Made by a program: the position numbers and the translations under genes. A stretch of DNA of 64,000 bases from a virus (Duplodnaviria > Caudoviricetes): the IMG/VR virus record IMGVR_UViG_3300033067_001757, positions 64,001-128,000 of that record. One strand, 5' to 3'. Shown piece after piece: positions 16,112-25,912 of the stretch. Position 1 is the stretch's first letter. Every line of letters starts with the position of its first letter. The notes beneath the pieces were generated by a model that saw only the letters and a list, made by a program, of their open reading frames with translations, made no database searches and had not been told where the DNA came from.

Positions 16112-18942
16112 TAAAGCGTAGTTAAATAAATTGAGAAACGTAAATTATTAGCATCAAATATTGATTTTTTCAACGTACCACCTGTTAATACGGAGTTAGG
16201 AGCGATTAATGGAAAATGATAAGGTGATACTATTCCATTACCGGCTTTTATTTCTGATATCATATCCGCGTATTGAGTATCAAATTTATTTTTGATTTCA
16301 TCAACCATATTGATGTAACTATCCGAGTAATGTATCGCAAAATCTAATGCTTGAATACGGAACTCTGTATCGAAATTCCCTATATTCAAACTATTAAAAT
16401 CACTCAATCCAGAAGCATTTCCTGTTTTTTTACTATAGTATGGAGCTAAGCTTTTACCGAAATCACCTAACTGTAAATTGATAAGTTTAGATGATTGAAT
16501 TGAAGTAGCTAATAATTGTTTAGGAGTACCGCGATATGCAGCCTGAGTTAACCGATTTTCATCATAGTGTAAATCTGCTATTCCATTAAACTGACTTATC
16601 TGGTAAACATTTTGACAGTAATCCATTATGAATGATGCCAATATATTATAATAGTCTATTGATCTGTTAAGCGCTGAAAATTCATTGCTTATAATGGATG
16701 CTATCTCAGATTTAAATGATGTTTTATCGATACCTAAATTATTTTTATAAAGATCATCCTGATCTAATAAGCAGACTTGTGTAGTCAATGATGTTTTCCA
16801 TTCCGAACGGACTATATCCTGCGATATTCCGGTTACAATAAAACCAATATTCTTATTATTATATTCCTTCGGCAGAGCGTCTGGATTGATAGTAAAAATC
16901 TCACCAATCGTAATACCACCAATACCGTCTAAACCCACTTCTAAAGAAATAGGAACAACCGCTCTGTTATTGGCATCGGTATTTATCTTAAGGATCAGGC
17001 TATTTAAAGCACTGTTTAACGATGCTTTTACATTACCATCGACCAATACTCTTTTCATTACATATTCATTGACATACGAGACAAGATTTTGGATATTATT
17101 TATTAATATATTTTTCTTCTGAGTTAACTCATCGACATTATTCTGATTGGAATATTCAACTTTATCTTTTATTAATCGACTGCTGATGTTATTATTCAGA
17201 TATGAATTTGTAGAAGACTGGATACCGGCTATATTATCACGGTTTTGAGCGGCTATTGCGATCATAGTGGTTTGAGATGCAAAAATCTTTGAAACAACAC
17301 TCATATTTTTAATCACAGAATTATTACCTATGAGATTCAGTTGAAACTTTGATTTATAACTTGAATCAGCGCCGAATTCGGTGTAATGTTTATCTATAAT
17401 AACTGCAGTATTATCTGATACATATATATCAAAATCATTGATGGAACCTAATGCGAAACTCATTTGATTTGTAATAGCTGATATCAATCTCGCTAAAATA
17501 ACAGAACCATTATTATCCAGAGCCATATCGTTATAAATGGATATTACTTTATCAATCGATACATATATATTTCCAATAACACCCAATGTAGTATCATCGT
17601 ATAAAAAAGAATTTAATGGATTGGTATCAGCGAGACCATAATTACTGACTCTGAAATTATCTGGGAAAATAGCTCTGTTATCCTTAAAATCATTATATAA
17701 ATCAAATCCGTCTTTGACCAGAAATGTAGCATTTGGATTTTTAATTATGCAGACTTCAGGATCGATGCTGATTGAATCAACACTGGCTAAACACAAACCA
17801 TTACCTTTATTCTCTTTAGAATAAACTGGACATTCAATATTTATGTATTTATTCTTGTCACTATCAAACAAATTATACCGTTCATTTAAGATGTGTATCA
17901 GATAAGCAAACTGAATATAATAAATATTACTACCAGCATCATCATTTGCATTTTGTGCTTGCTTTACAAATGGTAAATGGTGTATATTAGTGTCCAACCC
18001 TTTTAATTTACCGCTCAGTATTAAATCACCAGACGCACTGAATACCTCGTTGGTTTTCAATCCGGTTAACAATAATTCAAATTCAGTCTTGTAATCCTTA
18101 TTCTTTTGTGATATTATTTCTAAGCCGGTGGAAGAGTTAATCTTTAGAGAATCAAGCACATCACCAATACTGATTAAAATAGTTGTACACTCATACCCAC
18201 CGTTAGGTAACAGGTTCCAGGAGAAGTTTACAATCTTACCGAGTGTTGCGTCGTAGTTTCCGCTGAATTTATGTTGGTATCGTTTGATTCTATCGTAAAT
18301 ATCGTCTTGGGTAATTCCGGACTGGAATGCGTTGATCGTCGGAGAATCAAAGGATTTGATCAATCCACGTCCAAATCTGTCGTTTATATTGACCTTTTGA
18401 ATCACACTACCCTGATCAGGTCTTGCGTCGTAAGATTCACCGGAAACAGATGAATCGATATACATTGACCATCCCCATTCCAACAATACTTCGTAACCAG
18501 GTCTCATGAACAGAATTTCCAATTCTTCCAGTTGCTTTTTATCCCAACACATGAACTTGATAGTAGCCTCTCGTAAGGATCCGTAAGCGCTCTTTGATCT
18601 GATGTTTACTGATGTAATACCGGGCATCGGCATAAGCCCATAATCCCTGTTTCCGAGATTACTACCATAAGCAGCATTCGCTGCACCGATACCATATCTC
18701 ATAGAATACTGAGTATTATCATCCGGTGATGGAATAAGTGTACCAGCTTCCAGTACATATTTACGGGCCAATGCGTCGCTTCCATTGTGATTCACAAAGG
18801 ATTGCATCCTTACCCAAGGAGATTTTGCGGTAGTATATTGGTGGAATTCAGACGGCCTGGTGCCAGCAATACTCATCAGGTCTTGACGTGCATTGATCTG
18901 ACGACATAAAAACGGCTTGAATGTTTGCTTGAAAATCGACAT
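16111..18942 (-). CDS. Large virion protein, putative baseplate hub
   Basis: 943 aa in the baseplate block after the LysM-like gene; PMPGITS...GSLREATI...LLEWGW; late motif upstream. Confidence 0.5.
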   Translation of the reverse strand: MSIFKQTFKPFLCRQINARQDLMSIAGTRPSEFHQYTTAKSPWVRMQSFVNHNGSDALARKYVLEAGTLIPSPDDNTQYSMRYGIGAANAAYGSNLGNRDYGLMPMPGITSVNIRSKSAYGSLREATIKFMCWDKKQLEELEILFMRPGYEVLLEWGWSMYIDSSVSGESYDARPDQGSVIQKVNINDRFGRGLIKSFDSPTINAFQSGITQDDIYDRIKRYQHKFSGNYDATLGKIVNFSWNLLPNGGYECTTILISIGDVLDSLKINSSTGLEIISQKNKDYKTEFELLLTGLKTNEVFSASGDLILSGKLKGLDTNIHHLPFVKQAQNANDDAGSNIYYIQFAYLIHILNERYNLFDSDKNKYINIECPVYSKENKGNGLCLASVDSISIDPEVCIIKNPNATFLVKDGFDLYNDFKDNRAIFPDNFRVSNYGLADTNPLNSFLYDDTTLGVIGNIYVSIDKVISIYNDMALDNNGSVILARLISAITNQMSFALGSINDFDIYVSDNTAVIIDKHYTEFGADSSYKSKFQLNLIGNNSVIKNMSVVSKIFASQTTMIAIAAQNRDNIAGIQSSTNSYLNNNISSRLIKDKVEYSNQNNVDELTQKKNILINNIQNLVSYVNEYVMKRVLVDGNVKASLNSALNSLILKINTDANNRAVVPISLEVGLDGIGGITIGEIFTINPDALPKEYNNKNIGFIVTGISQDIVRSEWKTSLTTQVCLLDQDDLYKNNLGIDKTSFKSEIASIISNEFSALNRSIDYYNILASFIMDYCQNVYQISQFNGIADLHYDENRLTQAAYRGTPKQLLATSIQSSKLINLQLGDFGKSLAPYYSKKTGNASGLSDFNSLNIGNFDTEFRIQALDFAIHYSDSYINMVDEIKNKFDTQYADMISEIKAGNGIVSPYHFPLIAPNSVLTGGTLKKSIFDANNLRFSIYLTTL

Positions 18943-18967
18943 TGTATATATAAATATCTTCTAAATG

Positions 18968-18997
18968 AAAAAGCCCTCGTCTTGCTCCGAGGGACTT
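18968..18997 (-). terminator. Intrinsic terminator
   Basis: Minus strand AGTCCCTCG-GAGCAAGA-CGAGGGCT followed by TTTT. Confidence 0.7.
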
Positions 18998-19025
18998 CTT
19001 CTTACGTAATAGAACATGAGGAATA

Positions 19026-19057
19026 CAAAGATATGTAGAACTTATGAGATAACCAAA
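19026..19057 (-). promoter_or_regulatory. Bacteroidota sigma-A type promoter directly upstream of a terminator
   Basis: TTTG-N20-TATCTTTG on the minus strand. Confidence 0.7.
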
Positions 19058-19062
19058 TATAT

Positions 19063-19365
19063 TTAGAGAACTCCGTTGATCCGGTTAAATTCAGCTTTGA
19101 TAGAAGTAATATCTTGTGGTACGCGTACCTGTGTCCCTACTGGAATGAACCTGCTGTCACATCTCAATCCATTGGCAATAGCTATGATCCAGTAATCATC
19201 TGCATTTTTATAATAATCATATGCAATGATGTCAAGGCTATCCCCGTAAACAGATATAAAATACAGGTCATTATCTGTTGCCGGTATGTCCGGGTACCGG
19301 GTACCTTTTAGATATCTCTTGCCAGTTGAATCGTTTTTAATATTAATACCGTCGTATCTGGACAT
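19063..19365 (-). CDS. LysM-like baseplate wedge / tail protein X family
   Basis: GDSLDIIAYDYY...WIIAIANGL...IPVGTQVRVP. Confidence 0.8.
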   Translation of the reverse strand: MSRYDGINIKNDSTGKRYLKGTRYPDIPATDNDLYFISVYGDSLDIIAYDYYKNADDYWIIAIANGLRCDSRFIPVGTQVRVPQDITSIKAEFNRINGVL

Positions 19366-21029
19366 TATTGTTTTTTACTTTTAATGAGAGCATCCAAACC
19401 AGTGAGCCAGTCGTTGGCTTTACCCTTATCGCCATCAATACCGAAGAAAGGAGCTTCTGCTGACTTGTGCGGAAGGAAGTTCCATAGGGGTATGAAGTTC
19501 ATGCCAATTCTGAGCATCATTGGTAAGGTGTTCATATCAGCATCTCTGATCGGATCGGCTTTTATTTCCCAGTTGGCTTCTTCAGGTATACCGAAGTACA
19601 GTGAAGTGATAATACCGGGTTGTTGTTTGATATAATCTCCAATAGTCAACTCGTGCAGGTTTCCACGCATTTTATTATTCTTATAATCGGGTGTCAATGT
19701 AGAACGCAGATAATTAAGTTTCTGATACATGGGTTTCATCTCACTTCTTGACAAAGCAATTATGGTATACTCAAGTGACAATACATTCGAAAAACCGTCG
19801 TAGGTATAAAATGATTCACCCCTGCCTACGTATGCATATTGGTTCCATTTAGCGTCTGTACGGCTGTCTACATTCGTTATGAATGCCCTGAATATCATGT
19901 AAACCCCTGAGCCTGGATGGTCGTTATCGATGGCTTTGATGCGGAATTTAACCATGTCTGAATTGAGGTCGGTTTCTTCCAGTTGATTATTATACTGGAG
20001 ACTGGTTAGATTGATTCTATCTGCAGCATCTTTTACAACAACAGTGTAATCTGGTGTATATTCTGATTTCTTTCTTGATCTCGCAATACCAATACGTTTT
20101 TCAAGATTCAGATTCTCATAATCGGTCGATGGTAGTTCAGTTTGACCTGGTTTAAGCATTAGATTTTTATACTCTCTGAAATCACGTTTACTGAAATCGT
20201 ATGTACCGGGATCAACACCATTTGAGGGAGCAGTGGTTGGAATTTGAGGTGTTTCAATTTTACCCTCGTCACTAATCAATAAAAGCTTCTGTACCGGGAT
20301 GGGAATGAAACCATTCAGAACCTTCCTTTTACCTTCAGTGTTGTCAATTTTGGCGATAGTATTTACTGAAATACCACCATCTTTAGCTTTATTGATTGTG
20401 GTTTCACCTATACCAAGTATTGATCCGGGGCCACCCTTATATTTGTCGATGTAATCAATTTCAATTGGTAGATAGGGGTCAGCAAATTTCTCAAGGAGGT
20501 TTACCAGTCGGTTATTACCGTTATCATTATTTTCACGAACGATCGTTTCATACTTATCAGAATCTTCCATTACAGGAAGTAACCCATGACGAACAAAATG
20601 TTGACCGAAACCCACTACGCCTATCTCAGCAAGTGTATTTGTTGGAGTGTAAATACGTGTAGTACCGAGATCATTCTGAATACGGTTGGCTACATTGAGT
20701 AGACTATTACCGACATTATTGAAAACTCCTTGACCGGTAGTACTATTGTCTGTCTTCCTATCAGAACGATGTTCCAGCTTGACGTTGGTCAACTGTAGAC
20801 CGACCTGTTTAGCTACGAATGGAATACCATGTTTAGGATCAACAAGGAATTTAGTTATACGCAATACATCAGTAGCAGATGCCGCAGCTTCTGTTATGAG
20901 ACCAGTGAAATCAGCATGTGTATCAAGATTCTGCTTGATATACGGTTGGCCACTGTCACCACCACCTGGTGTATCTTTACCAAATGATAGGTTGCTTAGA
21001 TTACTATGCAGATCACGTAGACTCGGCAT
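19365..21029 (-). CDS. Putative baseplate / tail-tube initiator protein
   Basis: C-terminal FRAFI...W....YVGRGE.FY.Y.GF...LTIGD...PG.I.SL tube-like fold; lies between tape measure and LysM-like genes. Confidence 0.6.
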   Translation of the reverse strand: MPSLRDLHSNLSNLSFGKDTPGGGDSGQPYIKQNLDTHADFTGLITEAAASATDVLRITKFLVDPKHGIPFVAKQVGLQLTNVKLEHRSDRKTDNSTTGQGVFNNVGNSLLNVANRIQNDLGTTRIYTPTNTLAEIGVVGFGQHFVRHGLLPVMEDSDKYETIVRENNDNGNNRLVNLLEKFADPYLPIEIDYIDKYKGGPGSILGIGETTINKAKDGGISVNTIAKIDNTEGKRKVLNGFIPIPVQKLLLISDEGKIETPQIPTTAPSNGVDPGTYDFSKRDFREYKNLMLKPGQTELPSTDYENLNLEKRIGIARSRKKSEYTPDYTVVVKDAADRINLTSLQYNNQLEETDLNSDMVKFRIKAIDNDHPGSGVYMIFRAFITNVDSRTDAKWNQYAYVGRGESFYTYDGFSNVLSLEYTIIALSRSEMKPMYQKLNYLRSTLTPDYKNNKMRGNLHELTIGDYIKQQPGIITSLYFGIPEEANWEIKADPIRDADMNTLPMMLRIGMNFIPLWNFLPHKSAEAPFFGIDGDKGKANDWLTGLDALIKSKKQ

Positions 21030-21256
21030 TATTTAGGAGGATGATCCAGATATTTTACAGGATTCAACGTACCAGGTCCCAGTTTGGTAGGTTGTAAACC
21101 TCTCAGGTAAGGATCTTTATATGTACCGAAAGCAGGATTGTTATCCAGGCTGGAATGATAGTGTAAAGTGGAATTGGGGCCGAGGTCGAAAGGTGCAGGT
21201 TGACCACCGTGATAACCAAGATTGGTTAAAGGAAGGAGTTCTAATATTGTTGGCAT
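21029..21256 (-). CDS. Small hypothetical virion-region protein
   Basis: 75-aa Pro-rich ORF with a late motif upstream. Confidence 0.6.
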   Translation of the reverse strand: MPTILELLPLTNLGYHGGQPAPFDLGPNSTLHYHSSLDNNPAFGTYKDPYLRGLQPTKLGPGTLNPVKYLDHPPK

Positions 21257-21279
21257 TGTGTTATTGTTTTATATAAATA

Positions 21280-21311
21280 TTTGATTTGGATATGAGAAAA
21301 AGCTACTTTTG
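21280..21311 (+). promoter_or_regulatory. Bacteroidota sigma-A type promoter (plus strand)
   Basis: TTTG-N20-TACTTTTG, 17 nt upstream of the ATG at 21329. Confidence 0.7.
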
Positions 21312-21328
21312 GTTTAAACTATCATTGT

Positions 21329-21523
21329 ATGTTGTACGTGATTGCAGTTATACTTGTTGTTCTTGGGCTCATATCATATGGAATGAGTTCGTTGAAACAG
21401 GCATTTATAAACACAACCAATGCGATAAATGGTAAAGAGAAAATCAAACAGGAGTCAATTATGTCTTGGATGAATTTCGTTACAATCCTGATTATAATTG
21501 GAATCATTCTGTACTACGCGTAA
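21329..21523 (+). CDS. Small two-TM membrane protein, the only credible plus-strand gene
   Basis: Fills an intergenic gap, has two hydrophobic helices and its own promoter. Confidence 0.7.
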   Translation: MLYVIAVILVVLGLISYGMSSLKQAFINTTNAINGKEKIKQESIMSWMNFVTILIIIGIILYYA

Positions 21524-23883
21524 CCATTGTAAGCAATACCCTGAGCTGTTCCTACCTTCATAGAATCTAAATATACATTTCCAGGTCTTTTCATACCATC
21601 TCTGATTTCAGATAATATTGCAATCATTTCACTATTATTTCCACCACCAGATAACATTCCTTTAGGGTCGGTTGTTGTTATGATTGAATCTTTTCTATTA
21701 GGTACGATCTGACCTTCTGGTGTTGATATTACAATTCCACCTTGAGGATTGATAACAGAGTCATTTACCGCTACACCAGTAGCTGTACCTGCGGCTATCG
21801 CTGCTGCTAATGGTACAGCACCTGCAACAGCCCCAACCCAGTTACCCATGGCAAATGCTGCTGCAATAGATGCTCCGGCAGTTACGATTGCTTTAGTGGC
21901 CATAAACGCTAAAGCTGCTCCAGATGCTATCAATAATCCTTTCAATAATTCAGTATGTTCAAGCATCTTTGCAAGGCCATTGAGAATAGTTATTAACGGC
22001 CCAGATGCCACACTTACAAATACTTCCTTAATCCTTTCCATGCTCTCTTCGAACTTCTGTTGAAGTGATGCCTGAGAAATATTCTTTAATAGGATATCAC
22101 CGTTTGTTTTTGATAGTATATCAGCCTGCAGATTCTGTAAAGCTATTGAGTCACCAGTCTTCTTGTATAATTCTAGTTTATCAGCAATAAGTTGCTTATC
22201 CTGAACACCCAGTTCTTTCAATGTCTGTTGTTCGCGTAATGAATTAGTCAACTCATCAGTAGTCATACCAACGGCTTTTGCAAGAGATTCTTGTTGAATA
22301 ACATTCAGCTTCTGAAAATCTGCAAACTGTCCTACTTGAGATAACATCTCTTTAGCAGCATCAGCACTTTTACCATCCAACGCTAATGATCTTGCTTTCT
22401 CTAAATTCAATGCTTTACCGGTAACCAGTTCAGCTTCCAATTCTGCTGATATAGATGACTCAAAATTCAACAAGAACTCAGATGACTTCTTAGCCTGTTC
22501 TAATGTAATACCGAGCTTCTGTGCTTGCACTACAGCCTTGGCTAATTCTTCTGGATTATTCTTATATTGAGCCAGTAACTGACCACTTATTTTGGTAACC
22601 TCTGATAATACTTTTTTGTATGAAAGCGTACCATCATTCTGTTTGAGAATATTCTTGAGTATGTCGCTGGTAGTTGACTTGTTATTCAACGCCAGCTTCT
22701 CCAAAGCATTAGCTTCATCAACAGACATCCCCATCTGCTTTGTCAACATGATCTGGCTCTGTACTTGTTCATTTGTAAATAGAACAGAAGTACCGAATCC
22801 GTCATTCAGTTGATTTAATGCATTTCCCTGATTGGTAATAGAGATGAACGCGGCGTCCAGGTTCTCAACAACCTTCTTTCCTTGTACTGTTACATCCTGG
22901 AATCCTTTGTATAAATCTTGTGTGGTAGACTTTGATAATGCGAGACTGTTAGCAGTATCGGTTATATTCTTTTCAAATTTGAAGGCTTCCTTTACCAATG
23001 ATGCAAAGAGACCTACCAGCACTACACCAATGATAAGAGGATCGCTTGCGATTCTATCTAGTTCGTTTAAAGTAGCACTTATGCCAGCATCAAAAGCTTT
23101 CCATCTTGAACCACCCTTCTTAATACTATCTTCCATCTGATCCAGTATCTTTTCAGTCTGAATAAGATTACCAAGTATCGGTATTTTGGATATACCTTTT
23201 ACTATAGCGCCGAGTGAGCCAAGCTTATTGTTTTGAATATCGAGACGCTTGTTCGTCTCTTTTTGACTGACCTTCTGTGATTCAAGATGTGTAGCGTTCT
23301 CTTCTGCTAGTATTTTTTGGTATCCGAGGAAAGCTAGTTGACGAGCGTTGTCATCCTGTTTAAGATGATTCTCAAGACGAGTCTTTGCCGCAGCTTCCTG
23401 GAAATATAATTGTTGTAAATCAGCTTGCTTTTGTTGAAGTATAGTACCGGAATATAATCCTTCGTTTATTTCGGTGGATAATTCAGCTATCTTCTTATTC
23501 CAACCGTCAACAGCTTTATAATCCTGAACAGCTTCATCGGCAAGATTAAGTATCTGAGTCTGATTCCCTGCAATACCCGCTGTAAATGATTGAATTCTGG
23601 CTTGTATCTGAGCAGCCTGTTCATTATATTTCAGTATCTCTTTATCAATAGAACTGATCTTGATATATTCTTTACCGATACGAGATTGCAAAGTGATAGT
23701 ATCTTTCATCAGATTATTGGACCTGGTACTAAGGCTGATAATGTTTTCAACCTCTTTGCCAGTAAGACCGGCATTAAGATTTAATTGCTTAAAATCGTCG
23801 GTAGAATCAGCTAATGATTTCTGAAATAGTGCAGACTCCCTGAGTGCTTTTTCTAAAGCTATATCCTGTGCGTTCTTTGCCAT
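21514..23883 (-). CDS. Tail tape measure protein
   Basis: 789-aa helical Ala/Leu/Gln-rich protein with LLNFESSISAELEAELVTG, a hydrophobic C-terminal segment, and a position downstream of the chaperones. Confidence 0.82.
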   Translation of the reverse strand: MAKNAQDIALEKALRESALFQKSLADSTDDFKQLNLNAGLTGKEVENIISLSTRSNNLMKDTITLQSRIGKEYIKISSIDKEILKYNEQAAQIQARIQSFTAGIAGNQTQILNLADEAVQDYKAVDGWNKKIAELSTEINEGLYSGTILQQKQADLQQLYFQEAAAKTRLENHLKQDDNARQLAFLGYQKILAEENATHLESQKVSQKETNKRLDIQNNKLGSLGAIVKGISKIPILGNLIQTEKILDQMEDSIKKGGSRWKAFDAGISATLNELDRIASDPLIIGVVLVGLFASLVKEAFKFEKNITDTANSLALSKSTTQDLYKGFQDVTVQGKKVVENLDAAFISITNQGNALNQLNDGFGTSVLFTNEQVQSQIMLTKQMGMSVDEANALEKLALNNKSTTSDILKNILKQNDGTLSYKKVLSEVTKISGQLLAQYKNNPEELAKAVVQAQKLGITLEQAKKSSEFLLNFESSISAELEAELVTGKALNLEKARSLALDGKSADAAKEMLSQVGQFADFQKLNVIQQESLAKAVGMTTDELTNSLREQQTLKELGVQDKQLIADKLELYKKTGDSIALQNLQADILSKTNGDILLKNISQASLQQKFEESMERIKEVFVSVASGPLITILNGLAKMLEHTELLKGLLIASGAALAFMATKAIVTAGASIAAAFAMGNWVGAVAGAVPLAAAIAAGTATGVAVNDSVINPQGGIVISTPEGQIVPNRKDSIITTTDPKGMLSGGGNNSEMIAILSEIRDGMKRPGNVYLDSMKVGTAQGIAYNGYA

Positions 23884-23888
23884 TGTAT

Positions 23889-23897
23889 ATAAATATC
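23889..23897 (-). promoter_or_regulatory. Phage late-promoter-like motif GATATTTAT, representative of 22 copies
   Basis: Same or near-identical motif starts at 5042, 11066, 13925, 18950, 21273, 24925, 25890, 26557, 27107, 29410, 31320, 41362, 42085, 45650, 49938, 52854, 54895, 56049, 56337, 57534 and 60310, each just upstream of a minus-strand gene. Confidence 0.8.
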
Positions 23898-23905
23898 AAA
23901 AACCC

Positions 23906-24178
23906 CTACTTTTTGATAGGGGCTTTAGCTATGTAGTCTGGAACCATCGGTTTCTTACCGATCATATCCTTCATGGTCATATTTCCTTTCTGCTTATCGA
24001 CTGCTTCATTTTGTTTTTCAATACGGTTTGACAACCATTTAACAACGAATCGTCTGGTAGCTATTGGAATATTCCACGCTTCTGAGAAAGTAATACCACC
24101 ATTGCTATTGACAACAATACTGAGTATCTGCTCTCTGAACTGATCACGATAATTTTTACTTAGGCCAAAAGAAATCAA
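23906..24178 (-). CDS. Tail assembly chaperone second frame (gpGT / T4 gp51-like), probably reached by frameshift
   Basis: No ATG for the N-terminal part; GGITFSEAWNIPIATRRF; overlaps the upstream gene at TTC TTT TGG. Confidence 0.65.
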   Translation of the reverse strand: MISFGLSKNYRDQFREQILSIVVNSNGGITFSEAWNIPIATRRFVVKWLSNRIEKQNEAVDKQKGNMTMKDMIGKKPMVPDYIAKAPIKK

Positions 24179-24902
24179 CCGTCATCGGTATGTCGATGTC
24201 CTCCACTACATCGCCGGTTGGTCGGGTATAGTTAAACTTCATATTATATCCAGGAGTAATAGTATTAATGAAAGCACGTAGTGCACGGGAATCTCTTATC
24301 GGCATTCTGTCAACATATTCGCGGATCGTTTTGGTACTGCGGTCACCATTGACTGATGTTATGGTATGTTTTAGTCTGGTAGTTACGTCGCCAGCTAAAG
24401 CAGAAGCAACTTTATTAGAACCTTCTATCTCAGAGGTTATTGCTCTTTCATCTTTACGAGTAAGCAGTTTGAATGTGAGACTAGCTTTAGATAATTCTGC
24501 GAAGAATGGGAATTCATTCTCACCGCGTATGAATATAGCCGGATCAATTACTTTCTCGTCTAATTTGGAAAGGTCACATGGGAATACTTCACCGTCTTTC
24601 TTCACAGCGTATTCGCCACCGAAAGCCAGCACTCTGAATGCAACAAATATTGCATCCTGATCACCCATCAACATATCATCAATATCAATGCTTTTATTGA
24701 CAATAACGGCCTTTAATAATTTGTCGAATACAATACCTTGCTTTAGATAAGCAGCGTTTGTAAGAATATCCTCGTGGACTGCAGAAGGCATTACGATATC
24801 TATCTGTCCAGATGCCAGGGGATGGCTTTCGGGATAAAGAAGACCTTTGGAAGGTAAATCTAAGACTTGGGTGGGAAAATCGAACTGATTTTTCTCTGAC
24901 AT
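24156..24902 (-). CDS. Tail/baseplate hub assembly chaperone (T4 gp26-like)
   Basis: LDLPSKGLLYP, EDILT, GDQDAIFVAFR and C-terminal IPMTVDFFWP. Confidence 0.75.
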   Translation of the reverse strand: MSEKNQFDFPTQVLDLPSKGLLYPESHPLASGQIDIVMPSAVHEDILTNAAYLKQGIVFDKLLKAVIVNKSIDIDDMLMGDQDAIFVAFRVLAFGGEYAVKKDGEVFPCDLSKLDEKVIDPAIFIRGENEFPFFAELSKASLTFKLLTRKDERAITSEIEGSNKVASALAGDVTTRLKHTITSVNGDRSTKTIREYVDRMPIRDSRALRAFINTITPGYNMKFNYTRPTGDVVEDIDIPMTVDFFWPK

Positions 24903-24954
24903 ATACTTTATTTGTTTTGTATATATAAATATATAAGCAGAGACTTTTTGAAAT

Positions 24955-24986
24955 AAAAAACCACACCCGGTCTAAAGATGTGGTTG
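24955..24986 (-). terminator. Intrinsic terminator
   Basis: Minus strand AACCACATC-TTTAGACC-GGGTGTGGTT followed by TTTT. Confidence 0.7.
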
Positions 24987-25018
24987 AAGGTTTAGGGTGT
25001 TCCTACGGTAGCAGGTCG

Positions 25019-25870
25019 TTATATATCTTTGTTTTCCTTTAGGATATGCTTCCAAAGTGCGTCCGCTGTCTTTACAGGGTCTTTTGTAACTGATGATAAT
25101 TTCTTTGCCACTTTATGATATTTGGACATGATTGGTTCCAAATCTTTTTTATCTTTTATTTTCTTACCGATATGTTTCTTCACTTGTTCAACGTGTTTAT
25201 CAGAATCTTTCTCTTCATCCAGAGACATTTTCTCTGCAAGCTTGGAGTATGCTTCTTTAGCGGTATTGAGTATACGGAGAGTTTTTTCTGCTAAGCGTTT
25301 GTATGTTGCGTTTTCAGTTGATTCTGAAGTCTGAGATAATGATGATATCGCGGAATCGATTGCTTCCGCTACGTTGATTTCGGTTGGTTGGCCTGGCTCA
25401 ATTTCATTCTCGGACAGCGGCATACCGCGTTTTTTGATCTGTACAGTGTCACCCCCGTCTGCGGCCATCTGAACCTTTTTCTTCTGGTCTGAGGTTAATG
25501 TTTTTTCTGTACCATCTGTTGATGAGATGACTGTTTTTTCGTCGAGATCACTTGCCCTACCCCAGTTATTTGTATCAAACGGATCAATACCTTTTTGCTT
25601 ACAACCTTTAACTGTTAGTACGCTGACTTCACTCGGCTTCAAATCCATGTCTTTCAAATCTCCTTTTGCATAATATGCGATACTTTCTTTATCCATATCC
25701 TTGCCATATTCAAATCCATTAACAATCTTGTTGGTAGATTTCAATAAAAAGAAATGAGTATATTTTGGATTTACCTTCCAAGGTTTCTTTGGAGTTTCTT
25801 CCAGTTTTTTTTCTGCTATCACCTCATCGGTAAGAGACTCTATAAGTTTTTTAAGAGTGGATTTGTTCAT
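25019..25870 (-). CDS. Hypothetical Lys/Glu-rich protein, probably an internal head protein (start revised to ATG 25870)
   Basis: The late motif at 25890-25898 lies inside the longer ORF call; MNKSTLKKLIESLTDE start; several [LIV]xE sites. Confidence 0.6.
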   Translation of the reverse strand: MNKSTLKKLIESLTDEVIAEKKLEETPKKPWKVNPKYTHFFLLKSTNKIVNGFEYGKDMDKESIAYYAKGDLKDMDLKPSEVSVLTVKGCKQKGIDPFDTNNWGRASDLDEKTVISSTDGTEKTLTSDQKKKVQMAADGGDTVQIKKRGMPLSENEIEPGQPTEINVAEAIDSAISSLSQTSESTENATYKRLAEKTLRILNTAKEAYSKLAEKMSLDEEKDSDKHVEQVKKHIGKKIKDKKDLEPIMSKYHKVAKKLSSVTKDPVKTADALWKHILKENKDI

Positions 25871-25912
25871 TATTTGTTGATTAGTATATATAAATATCAA
25901 AGAGAACCATCG

